This document shows positions 38,937 to 50,660 of a stretch of 64,000 bases of DNA, in pieces. A program made the translations under genes and the position numbers. The DNA lies in assembly GCA_013239625.1 (NCBI GenBank), contig MU053629.1:4305567-4369566 (forward strand), written 5' to 3'. The DNA is from Lama guanicoe (Eukaryota). Below the pieces are notes generated by a model that was not told the DNA's origin, did not search any database, and saw only the letters and a program-made list of their open reading frames with translations. Each line of letters starts with the position of its first letter. Positions within the stretch are counted from its first letter, which is position 1.

Positions 38937-40226
38937 CTGGAAAGCCACCTGTAAACCAATGAAGTTAAAACACTCCCTCACACCGTACACAAAAATAAGC
39001 TCAAAATGGATGAAAGATTTAAACATAATATAGGACACCATAAAACTCCTAGAAGAGAACATAGGCAAATTGTTCTCTGACGTATATTATAGCAGTGTTA
39101 TCCTAGGCAAGTCTCACAAAGTAATAGAAATAAAAAACAAAAATAAACAAATGGGACCTAATCAAACTTATAAGCTTTTGCACAGCAAAGGAAACCATGA
39201 ATAAAACCAAAAGACAACCTACAGACTAGGAGAAAATGTTTACAAAGGATTAGACGGACAAGGGCTTGATTTCCAGAATATATAAACAGCTCATATAACT
39301 CAATAACAAAAAGCAAATAACCCAAACAAAAAATGGGCAGAAGACTTAAATAGACATGTCTCCAAAGAAGATGTGAGGTGGCCAACAGGTACATGAACAG
39401 ATGCTCAGTTATCAGAGAAATGCAAATCAAAACTATAATAAGGTATCACCTCACACCAGTCAGAATGGCCATCATTAAAAAGTACACAAACAAATGCTGG
39501 AGAGGGTGTGGAGAAAAGGGAACCCTCCTACACTGCTAGTGGGAATGTAATTTGGTGCAGTCACTATGGAAAACAGTATGGAGATTCCTTTGAAAACTAA
39601 AAATAGAGTTACCATATGACCCAGCAATCCCACTTCTGGGCATATATCTGAAGAAAACTCTAATTTAAAATGATACATGCACCCCAATGTTAGCAGCAAC
39701 ACTGTTTACAACAGCCAAGACACAGAAGCAACCTAAATGTCCATTGACAGATGACTGGATAAAGAAGTTGTAGTATATATGTACAGTGGAATACTACTCA
39801 GCCATAAAAAAGAATGAAATAATGCCATTTGCAGCAACATGGATGGACCTAGAGATGATCACACTAAGTGAAGGAAGTCAGAAAGAGAAAGAAGAATACC
39901 ACATGATATCACTTATATGTGGAATCTTAAAAACATGATTCAAACTTTATTTACAAAACAGAAAGAGACTCACAAACATAGAAAACAAAATTATGGTTAC
40001 CAAAGGGGAAAAGGGATAAATTAGGAGTTTGGGATTAACAGATACACACTGCTATATATAAAATAGATAAACAACAAGGTCCTACTATATAGCACAGGGA
40101 ACTACATTCAATATCTTGTAATAATCTATAATGAAAAAGAATATATATGTGTATGTATAACTGAATCACTATGCTGTACACCAAAAACTAACACAACATT
40201 GTAAATCAACTAAACTTCAGTTTAAA
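38937..40226 (+). mobile_element. L1 3' 1.3 kb (artiodactyl-type)
   Basis: 16-bp TSD AAAAATGATTTAGAAA at 38921-38936 and 40227-40242; ORF2 C-terminal remnants. Confidence 0.95.
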
Positions 40227-40888
40227 AAAAATGATTTAGAAAAAATATCCAATCATCATCATCCTCATTATCATCATTATGAATTTCATCATTATTGTCA
40301 GTATTTCTAAAACACTTGACAGTTTGCAAAGGACTCATTTTTTAACGTATGAGATAGATATGTACCCTTTTCTTTTAATGGTATGCAAACTGAGGCTCAC
40401 ACCAGGTCACACAGGTCATTGATGGTCAGGCCCAGAGGCAAGTCCAGTCAAGCATCTGCAACCTAGTACTCTTGTACGCCATAGCTACCTGAAAACCAGG
40501 GAGCCTGGCTTGCACAAGGGATGGTTTTCCCTGTTAGCAAGTGTTGCTCAAGAAAACATCTGATAGTTTGGTCTAGTAGAGACAAAACCCAGTGGGTGCA
40601 CAGACTGATGATAACGGATGCCAGCAAATGCAAGGTTTTCCCAGCGGTCATTCAGAAAACAATAAGGATGCTGTCAAACGTGGTGTATGTTCTCGAAAGA
40701 GCTCAAAGTGCTTTTGTATTGTTTTCAAGATAGGTTTCATGACATTCCCCACTTTGGCGATGATTCTTCCTCTGTGTCAAAGTGTGGTTCTTCCTCTTCC
40801 CCTTGCTGGCCTGCACAGATTTTATTGCCTGTGATACCTGCTCACACTGTTCATAATGACCACACTTTGCTTATTGACACTAAGAGTA

Positions 40889-41009
40889 GGGGGAAGGTAT
40901 AGCTCAAGTGGTAGAGCGCATGCTCAGCACCCACGAGGCCATGGGTTCAATCCCCGGTTCCTCCTCCAAGTGGAAATCAATGAATAAGCCTAATTACCTC
41001 CCCCTCATT

Positions 41010-41047
<38 letters not shown>

Positions 41048-41048
41048 A
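40889..41048 (+). mobile_element. tRNA-Ala-derived SINE with (CA)n tail
   Basis: TAGCTCAAGTGG and GGTTCAATCCC boxes; approximate TSD ACACTA(A/G)GAG. Confidence 0.9.
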
Positions 41049-41236
41049 CACTAGGAGGGTCACCACCATCTGTACCGACACTATCAGAACTGCACAGAAA
41101 TTTTCATTTTATATTCTGTAGTATGAGTGTTTAAGGAGGGGCGGAAAACAAGAACAAAGCAAATAAATGATAGTGAGAAACAGTGAGAAGGAAGGAAGAT
41201 GTTTTTGTTAAATGCTGAGTGTGGATCAGAATTTTC

Positions 41237-41363
41237 TTTCTTTTTTTTAAAGTTTATTTTGAGGTTTTTGTTTATTTTTGATGGAGGTACTGGGGATTGA
41301 ACCCAGGACCTCGTGCATGCTAGGCAAGCACTCTACCACTGAGCTGTACCCTCCTCCCCTCTA
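41237..41363 (-). mobile_element. tRNA-Ala-derived SINE
   Basis: 13-bp TSD GATCAGAATTTTC at 41224-41236 and 41364-41376; A/B boxes on the minus strand. Confidence 0.92.
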
Positions 41364-42544
41364 GATCAGAATTTTCACTCAATTATTGAAACACCTTGGA
41401 GCCAATCTCTTCTGGGTTGTTACAAAGCAGTAGACAAATCCCCCTTATACAGGATGATTCTACATTTCGGTTACAGAGAGAGATTGAAGCACAGGTAACA
41501 AGATGGTAACACTTGGTAATCCAGGAGAAGGGTGTTTGGATGCTCACTGCTCTTTCAAATTTTTTGTGAGTCTGAATTTTTTTTTAAGGAAAAATAAAAA
41601 ATTTAAAAAGCATCATAAAATAAAAAAATAACAAACTGGAAAAACTTTCCAACAGATAGGACACAAAAATTGCTAACATTCTTATGTACAAAGCACTCTT
41701 GCTAATAATAAAACCCATGACCTAGACAAAGGGACATCAATAAACTAGTCACAGAGACAGAAATGCAAAAAACCACTCAATACGTGCAAAATTTTTAATC
41801 TCACTGGTAAACCAGAGAAATGCGTATTAAGCTATATGTTTTTATTTTTCTTAACAAATTAGCAAAACAGATCATTTAAACCACCCTAATACCCAGTGCT
41901 GATGAGGGGGCCGAAAGATGGGCCTACTTCTATAAACGCTGGTGGAGGTGTTAAGTCGTCACACTCATCTTAAAGGAGATTTTTGAACTTTTTTGGGAAG
42001 ATCTTTTAAATTGCTTTTAGTTTAGTACTTGTACCTCTAGGAATTTAACCCAGGAGATAAGGAGAGGTACACATAGATCTCTGTATAAGTTTGTTCATTT
42101 AAGTGTTATAATTAATAGCAATAAATTTGGAAATACCGTCGACATTAACAGTAAGAGAATGATTAAACCTGTAACATGTATATGTGTATTATATAGCTAT
42201 TAAAACTGATATGGTCCAAGAAATATGAATGGCATGGAAAAATTCTCATCGTATGTATTGAAGGGAATAAAGGAAGATGCAAAATTGTATCTCAGTTCCA
42301 ATCGCTCCTAAATACATAATCTGCAGAGGTAAAAGGATTCAAAAGAAATACACCAAGAGAGTTTCACTTCTAGGAAAACGGTGTAGACATACTTTGCCCT
42401 ATTCTGTCTAGTAAATACAAGAAAACCCTGGATGTTATATATAAAACAAACTTAATAAGACTTTGAAAGGTGGAGATAAGGGGAGGATGTGATGGTTTGG
42501 TCCTTGGATTTTCTGCTTGCCTCATATATCCCATATCTGACCGA

Positions 42545-44330
42545 TACTATTTTCCTTTCCTCTGAAGAAGTTCTTTTTAACATTTCTTGAAAGACAAGCC
42601 GCTGGTGGCAAATTCCCTTAGTTTTTGTTTGTCTGAGAGCATCTTTATTTCTTCTTTACTTTTGAAGGTAATTTCACTAAATACAGAATTACAGGTTGGT
42701 GGGTTTTTTCTTTCCACATTTCAAATATTTCACTCCATTCTCTTCTTGCGTGCATGGTTTATGAAGAGAGGTTGGACGTGATTCTTACCCTTGTTTAATA
42801 GGTAAGTTTTTTTCCCAGTCTCCTTTCAAGACTTTCTCTTTGTCCTTGGTGTTCCATAGTTTGAATATGATATGCCTAGGTGTAGATTTTTTTGGCGTTT
42901 TTCCTACTTTGTATTCTCTGAGCTTCCTGGATCTGTGGTTCAGCATCTTTCATTAATTTTGGAAATTGTAACCTTTACTGTTCAAATATCTCTTCTGCTC
43001 CTTTGTTTCTTCTTTTTCTGATATTCTCATTATGTGTCGGTTACACCATTTATAACTGTCCTGTAGTTCCTGGATATTCTGTTCTGCTTTGTTAATTCTT
43101 TTTTCTCCTTGCAGTTCAGTTTTGAAGTTTATATTGATATTTCGTTCAGCTCACTAATTCTTTCCTGGGCCCAGCCCAGTCTACTGATAGGCCCATCAAA
43201 GGCATTCTTCACTTCTTACAATGGTTTTGATTTCTAGCATTTCCTTTTGATTCTTTCTTGAAGTTTCAACCTCTCTGCTTACATTACCCATCTCTTCTTG
43301 CATATGGTTCACTTTTTCCATTAGTACCCTTAACACGTTAATCACGGTTATTTTAAATTCCTGGTCTGACAATTCCAAAATCTCTGTCTTATCTGACCCT
43401 GATTCTAATGCTTACTGCCTTTTGTTTTTCTTGCCTTCTAGCAAGGCTTGTCATTTTTTGCTGGAAGCTGGACGTCATGTATTAGGTATTAGGAAATGTA
43501 CTAGGCATTTAGGGTGAGGTAAGGGGCCTTTGTCTGGCCAGGGGTTATGCTGTGTTTACTGTCTGCTGTAACTCTAGGTGGCTGAGGCTTCAATTTCCCC
43601 GACTACCTTTGTTTTTGTCCCCCTGACAATTGTCGTTGGGTTTCCCTAGAATCTCCATCCTGAATAGAGTCCGAGCCTTATGGATCCTTCATCTGTAATC
43701 CTCTGCATGCAGAGGCTCTGTGGATGCATTCACAAATCCTATGATTAGATCTCAATCTTTTAGTGGGTCTGTGCCCCTGCAGTGTTACCTTCACAAGTTT
43801 TCTCAGCATTTCCCCCCCACCCAGGTGAGACAGGAAGACTAGAGTGGGCTGGAGTTAGCTAACTGCCCTTCTTCAGGTCAGATAAGGCTTTGGTACAAAA
43901 GTTTTCCTTGAGACCCAGCCTTCCTTGCAGAGAACAGAACAAAGAGCAGAACTCTTGGAGTATTTTGAAATGCTTTCTTCTGTCTTTCCCCTGCTGGAAG
44001 CAGTAGGGGATTTTTCTCTGATCTTCTCAGAGAGAATGGTGGGGTGCCTGCAGGTAAAACTCATGGAAGTATAGGTCCTCCTAAGACGTGGCCCCTCAGT
44101 TTTTAACTCTCAAGCTAATCCACACGTAACTCTCAAATGAACCCATGTTTCTGCTCTTGGCCTTCATCCATCTCTTTCTCCAGTTGTTAAAGACAGCAGT
44201 TTTCTCTGTGATCTCAAGTCTTTGATGGATCTAAGAACAATCGTTTTTCAGTTTCTTCAGCTTTTTCTTGTTCTGAGGGTTGGAGTGATAACTTCTCAGC
44301 TCGTCACAGGTTGGAATGAAACCAGAAGTC
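42545..44330 (-). mobile_element. Ancient L1M 5' region and ORF1 remnant
   Basis: ORF1p-like ELSDQEFKITVINVLRVLMEKV...KNQKEMLEIK; typical antisense ORF1 pyrimidine-rich sequence. Confidence 0.8.
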
Positions 44331-45029
44331 CGTAAATTGCTTTTTAATGATAATTTTACTAAAGTGAGCATCACATAGAATCAAGAGATTGAGTCATTGG
44401 TTGTTGAGTTTAATTGACCTTATTATGTTGACCATTTTAAGTAACTGGAATCCGCTTTCAAATGAAAAATTTTAAGACCTGCATTACACACATATACTCA
44501 TTCTTACAACTTTATTTTGTTTTTACATTGCTATCCCACGGACCGCTCACTGCTTAACAAGGAAGACCTTTAACCGCCTTTGATCCTTAAGTCTTTGCAA
44601 TTACATAGAATAGCCAAAGTTTAAAGAATATAAGGATGAACTGCTTCGGGATCAGCATTTTGAATGTATTTAACATTGGCTATCTTGTGACTTGATTCTA
44701 TTAAACAAGATACAGTGTATTGTACTTTCTTAAAATCAAGAAATGTTTTATAGTGTAGTAATTCTGTCAATCGTGAGTTATATAAACTCAGCCAGAGATA
44801 GAGCTTTTTATTCATGCTATGATGGTCGTTATCAGACTTGGAAATTCTTATGCTTAATAAAGAACTGCAGCTTGATAGTGGTAAAAGTGCTAAATTTGGT
44901 CAAATTTATTGTAATTACCAATAGAATAGTTCCCGCAAAATGCAATTTAACTAGGAAGCATTGTTTTTAAATTACAATTTGTGAAGTTTTTAAGATAGCA
45001 GATTTGATTTAAATTTTTTTTTCACTTAG

Positions 45030-45147
45030 GTTGCTTCCAGCTGTAATTGATCAGAAATCATTTATTTTCCCTCTGGAATCAGGGGGTAAACTTTGGCAAC
45101 CCCAACGACTGCACGGTTCATTTCCACGTGCCTTTCCAAAAGTGAAG
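45030..45147 (+). CDS. IQCH: IQCH coding exon 4 ([40 protein letters not shown]), 118 nt
   Basis: Poly-T plus TTAG acceptor; first G completes the TGG codon from exon 3; AAG|GTAGGA donor, phase 0. Confidence 0.94.
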
Positions 45148-45157
45148 GTAGGAAGAG

Positions 45158-45390
45158 AGGGACAGACAGTGGATTGGTGGTGGCCGGAGGTTGGAAGGAG
45201 GAAGGAAGGGTTGGGGATGACTTCTAATGGGTGTCAGGTGTCTTCGGGGGATGATGAAATGTTCTGGAATTAAACAGTGGTGATGGCCGCACGACTCTTG
45301 TGAATCTACTAAACATCACTGAACAATACGCTTTGAAAGGGTGAATTTAAGAGATGTGAATTACATTTCAATAAAGCTGTTAGAAAAAAA
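45158..45390 (+). mobile_element. L1MB/MC-like 3' UTR fragment
   Basis: GGGGATGATGAAATGTTCTGGAATTA...GTGGTGATGG...TCAATAAAGCTGTT. Confidence 0.82.
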
Positions 45391-45624
45391 ATTGTTTTTT
45401 CAAAAGTGTGGATGGGAAATTGTGTTCTAAATGAGAATACATGCCACTGTTGTTTCAGGTATGTTGATGGCATGGTCAATTTCTATGACAAAAGAGCTTT
45501 CTTTGAACGGAGCCCTAGAAGTAAAGTTCCCAGGTGGCAAAGAATAGAGTCCAAGAGGTGTCTTGTCTTTGCCTCCATCGAGTGGACTTCCACTCTGATT
45601 CCCCTTCCCTCCCTGCCTCCTCAG

Positions 45625-45865
45625 CAGTGATAACGGCTCACCCCTTCTGGGCACCAGGTGCTGCTGTCAATGCTTTGGGAACACTAACTTGTTTAACCTT
45701 CAGAACAGTCCTAGAAGGAGATGTTAATATTACATCCATTTTATTGACGAAGAAACCAAGGTTCACGAATGTTAAATAAATTGCCCGAGAGAACACAGCG
45801 AAGGTCAGAGCCAGAATTATGAACCCAGAAATGTGGCGATCCAGAGCTGTGCTCTTAACCACTGT
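45625..45865 (-). mobile_element. MIR
   Basis: CCATTTTATTGACGAAGAAACCAAGGTTCA...GAACCCAG...GTGCTCTTAACCACTG. Confidence 0.8.
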
Positions 45866-46013
45866 GGTACCCTTTTTAAAATAATAGCTTTATCAACATA
45901 TGATTTGTATCTTGTAAAATTCACCCTTTAAAAAGTGTTCAGTCAGTGGTTTGTAGCATATTCACAGGGTTGTGCAGCTGTCAGGTGGCACCCTTTCTAC
46001 AACTGTTTGTGTT

Positions 46014-46872
46014 GGTTGTAGGCACTTTGGCAATAGGCATCTTTGCCGAGGTCATCTTTGCCGCAAGCATTTTCGCCACAGATATTTTTGCCGCATCACT
46101 AATTGGCCATAAGGCGATTTTGTTGTAAAATAATGAAAAATACAAGAGGAACATTAACAAGGACATAATGAAACAAGAGAAATTAATAACAAAATTTACA
46201 AGAATTTATTGCACAATACAGACTATTTGAATGTATTGAAAATGTGTGTAGATCATGGCAATACTGCGCAAACAACAGATTTTATCTTGTGGGTGGTACC
46301 TCAGCATTTGTCTTCCAAGTCTTTCATTCGTAGGATTTTATACACTTTTTTTTTAGCTTGTTGATTCATCTTCCTGTTTGGCATCATGCTTTTTGTTTTT
46401 CACTAACATTTTTTCCTTCTTTAAGAGAAGTATCAGTTTCCAAACACTAGGGTACACGTTTGTGCCTAAACTTTGTGTTGCGCTGTGAAAGCCTCTACAC
46501 TGATGTATTCATGGCATATTTGCCACATGTCCTTTGGTAGATGTTGCAAAGTTCTACAGGAGACATTGGCTCAAGTCTGCACCATCAAGGCCTTCAGACT
46601 CTTTCTCCTTCAAGATAGTGTGCTTCAAAACAAGAAACCAACTCTTGGGCGAAATAATCATCGTCCGGATAAAGGCATCAATAACGTCACTAACCAGAAG
46701 AAATGCTGATGCATTTCAGTCAGTGGGAACCAAACTGTCAAACCAAAAAGAGTCAACCAGTTATTCGATCTTTCATGGCACAATTGCCTTATGGCCAATT
46801 AGTTACGTGGCAAAAATTCTTACGGTAAAGACGTCTACAGCAAAGATGCTTATGATGAAAATACTGGACATG
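46014..46872 (-). mobile_element. Mutator-like (MULE/MuDR) DNA transposon, internally deleted, with transposase C-terminal remnant
   Basis: About 110-bp TIRs built of 15-bp subrepeats; 9-bp TSD GTTTGTGTT/GTTTGTATA; minus-strand decayed peptide AFLLVSDVIDAF...ELVSCFEAHYL...PMSPVELCNIYQRT...GFHS...YPSVWKLILLLKKE...LRSIA. Confidence 0.85.
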
Positions 46873-46879
46873 GTTTGTA

Positions 46880-47070
46880 TAATTCTGTATTTTCCTTTTC
46901 TCATACTTGTCACAATTTGTAACTAGATATTGAGTTGTATGATTTTTTTTTTTAATGTCTGACTTCCCACTAGATTACAGGCTTAATGAGGGCAGGATCC
47001 ATGTCCGTTTGTCCACCGCAATGTCATGCCAGGGAACTCTGAATAAATGTTTGTTGAATGAATAAATGAA
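46880..47070 (+). mobile_element. L2 3' end
   Basis: CCCACTAGATTACAGGCTTAATGAGGGCAGG...AATAAATGTTTGTTGAATGAATAAATGAA. Confidence 0.82.
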
Positions 47071-47683
47071 ACCACCACAGTGACCCCTAATGATGTGCTC
47101 ATCCCCATATAAAAAACTAGTCCGGCCTCCTCTGCGCTCTCGCAGCAGCCTACTCCTACCTTTGTCACTGCATTTGTCGCCCTGGGTTCCTTCAGCCACT
47201 ATCTGTGGAGTACTGGCTGTGTGCCAAGGGCTGTCAGGGGCACACTGGGGTGAGCAATTCAGACCAGGTGCCCACCGTCATAGAGCTTACATTCTAGGCG
47301 GGTGGAGGCAGACCATCAGTAAGAGTATACCAGGTAATGATAAAAGCTCTCTCAAAAATAGAACAGAGCGCCGTGATAAAGAGAGCTGAAACCTCTCATC
47401 TTCCTTACTTCCGAGTCTCTGCTTTTGTTAAAATTTTATCTTTTTGCCAAGAATCTCAGGAGGGCCATAGTTGGTCCACAAGCAGAAGATTGGAGATCTC
47501 TAGTTTATAGAGACAATGAAATAAAACATATGAAATTAGCACTGTTTTAGAACACAGAGTTGCTATTGTTATTCCAGAAAACAAACAAACAAAACTATGG
47601 CCAGAAATTTATTTTCCCAAAAGAGTTTTGAATTCTGGTAAGCGATTATAAAAGGCAAGGAATCTTATGTGTCTGTGTTCTTT

Positions 47684-47817
47684 GCAGGGGGGGGGGTTGT
47701 TGGGGGAGGTAATTAGGTTTATTTATTTATTTACTTTTAATGGAGGTTCTGGGGATTGAACCCGGGACCTCATGCAAGCTAGGCATACCCTCTACCATTG
47801 AGCGCTGCCCTCCCCAC
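47684..47817 (-). mobile_element. tRNA-Ala-derived SINE
   Basis: 12-bp TSD TCTGTGTTCTTT at 47672-47683 and 47818-47829. Confidence 0.92.
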
Positions 47818-49221
47818 TCTGTGTTCTTTTAAATACTGTGAGCCTGGGTGAGCTTCATTTAGAAAAGGGCCTGGACAGTTTCCCCCTGACTTCACCTCCA
47901 GGGCTGGACCCCTATTGTTGTTTTATATCTAGTATCAGTGACATCTGCTTAAAAACGCATAACCGTTGCCACAAAAGATAGCCCGAATTTTGCATTCTAA
48001 AGTCAATGGCAGATAGCGCTGTGTTCCCAGCTGTTCTGCGAGCCTACTACACCAACTTAAAGGCTTGCATTTTTAAGTCGTTGTGGAACCAGCTGAGATA
48101 GTCCCACCTCTAACTGCTCACTGTCAACCTTTTAAACTCAGTTGCTACTTTAAGCTCTCTCCAAAGTGAAGGAATCTATTTTTGGAATTCCCTCCCATGC
48201 CAAAAAATCTAAATGACAAATAATTAGGAGTTTCTCGATTGTAGTTAAGAATCACAATTTAGAATTGTTTATCAAGCTGCTTTTACATTTGAAAAAGCCC
48301 TATTCTGATGGTTTTTCTTTACAGTAGAGCTTAGCTCCAAGTCAACCCCAGCCCAACTTTTCTTCCAGGCACCTTGGGCTAGGGGCACAATAGTACTCAC
48401 CACAATCAAGGAAAGGGTTTGAAGTAACAACAAAAGATAAGGAGGAGGGAGGAAGAGAAGGAGAAAAACTTTATAGGCTAAGAGAGTATTTGATTTTCTT
48501 GCTGTGTCTGGTGAGCCAAGTCTGAAGGCAATTTCAAAATAGACGTTTCTGACGTTAGATCCAGGGACCTACTCAGAAGCATCATACATGTGTGTGGAGC
48601 AGGGAAAATAAACCCATCTCCCTGAGTTATTCTCCAAATGAACTCCATAAAAAGGATGCTCTGTCAATCAAACAAAAATATCTATTGAGATCCAATACGA
48701 TGCAATATACAACATCCGTGTCTAAGATGGGAGACTCATTCTGTGAATTTGGATCTCACTGAGAAAGTGAGTTTCAAAATTTGATCAAAACTAAAGTCTT
48801 GAGGATTTTTGGCATCACCAGGAAAGGTGTGGTGAGAGATCAAAGAAGGAAAAAGTCAGGGCAGGTAAGGGTTGCTTCACAGATTTTCACTGTGAGTTAT
48901 TCCTCACTTAACATTGGGTGGGAAATTTTGCTGATGAGACAGCAGTTGGATTTTACAGAATCAAGCAGGGGGAAGAAAATGCCTACACTTAACCAACAAG
49001 CATTGCCAGCTGTCTTCTCATTAGAATATAAGCCTCATGAGAGTAGAAACCTTTAAAAAATATTTTCCCTTTTTTTGTAGTTTATTAAAACCTTCTTAAT
49101 GTGAAAATACTCAGATAAATCAAAAATAGTACATGAATAACTATTTATCCTTCACCAAAGATTTAATAGTTGCTAACCTTTACCATTTTTGCTTCATCTG
49201 TTTTTTATTGGGATGTTTTAA

Positions 49222-49358
49222 AATTTTTTATTGAGGTATAGTCAGTTTACAATGTTGTGTCAGTTTCTGGTGGCCAGCACAATGCTTCAGTCATACATGG
49301 ATATACATATATTCATTTTCATATTCTTTTTCACCATGAGCTACAAGATATCAAATAT
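49222..49358 (-). mobile_element. Very short L1 3' end nested in an old L1MC/ME-like fragment (about 49070-49620)
   Basis: TTATTGAGGTATAGTCAGTTTACAATG terminus; approximate TSD ATGTTTTAAA on both sides. Confidence 0.78.
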
Positions 49359-49729
49359 TAGAATGTTTTAAAATAAAGACCTAATGACATTTCACCCCTT
49401 AATGCTTTAACATGCATCTTTAAAAATGAACATAGTCCTACTTACCCACACTACCATTGTCACACCTAACAAAATTTACAGTAATTCCTGAATATAATAA
49501 ATACCCAGCTGACATTCGGGTTTCCCCAATCATCCTCCAAATGGCTTTTACTGATCTTTTATCCAAACTTGGATCTGCTAAGATTTATCCATTCTGCTTG
49601 ATTATTTTATTTCTTAAGTCTCTATTAATCTAAAGCAGAGAGACTCTGTTTAGTTCATTGCTGTAATCAGTGCCTAGACACTGCCTTACCTGAAGCAGGC
49701 TCTCAATGGATGACAACTTACTGATGAGA

Positions 49730-49920
49730 AGTATGGGTTCACATCCCGACTCTTACTGTTCGTACCTTGGCTGGTCACTTAACCTCTCTGTGCCTCAGTT
49801 CCTCATCTGTAAAATAGACTGTATGACACCCTGCTGTCAGGATAAATGAATTAACATATGTAAATGTTTGTAACAGTGCCTCATGTAGGGTGAGTGCTAT
49901 ATAAGTGTTAATCCTTCTTA
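49730..49920 (+). mobile_element. MIR
   Basis: CACTTAACCTCTCTGTGCCTCAGTTCCTCATCTGTAAAAT core. Confidence 0.85.
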
Positions 49921-50660
49921 TTTGTTGATGAATACTGCTCAACCTCAGTTATGTACCTAATAAGTACCAGACACCACTTTTGGGCATCAGCCAAACTTCT
50001 CTGCTCTCATAGAGCTAATGTTCTAATGGGGTAAGGTAGTCATTAGGAAAACAGAAAACAATTTGAAAAGTAAACATATAGTATGTTAGTTGGTGAGAGA
50101 AAAGTTAGGGAAGGAACATGGGGAGTGTTGGGAGGGTCTCACGTGTAAGGTGACACTTGAGCAGAAATCTGATGGACATGAAGGGAGCAAGTCATTTGGC
50201 AAAAAAATTGCAGGAAGAGGATTGTAGGCAGAAAATGCAACCTGTGAAGACCCTGAATTAGGAATGTGAACAGCAAGGAAGCTGGAAGGGAATGTGCAAG
50301 GTGGAGAGAAGCAAGAACAAAGTAAGGACCAGATCTTGCAGACCGTTGTGAGGACCTCAGATGTCACTCTGAGTGACATGGGAAGCCACTGGAGGCTTTT
50401 CACCAGGGGACGGATAGGATCTGCTTCGCAATTTGCAAGGGTCACTCTGGCTACATCTTGTGATGAGAATGAGATATAGACGGGGGAAGGTGGAAGTGGG
50501 AAGACCATTTATGAGCCTGTGTTAGCCATGATGAGGGAATCATATCTCATCCTTACATTACCAAAGGGAGGAATTATTGTTAGTCCCATTTTACAGATGG
50601 GATTAATGAGGAGGAGGATGAGAGATGACAGGAATTTAAAGCTAAGAAATGGGAGAACTG

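Noticed and set aside
37651..40226. Twin-priming inverted L1
   Set aside because: Both pieces contain the same 3' end, the plus copy has its own TSD, and unique DNA separates them
46025..46095. 15-bp periodic repeats and the resulting AAKIS/AAKMT peptide ORFs as a CRISPR-like array or repeat protein
   Set aside because: No unique spacers, mammalian context, and they are mirrored at 46800-46870 as transposon TIR subrepeats
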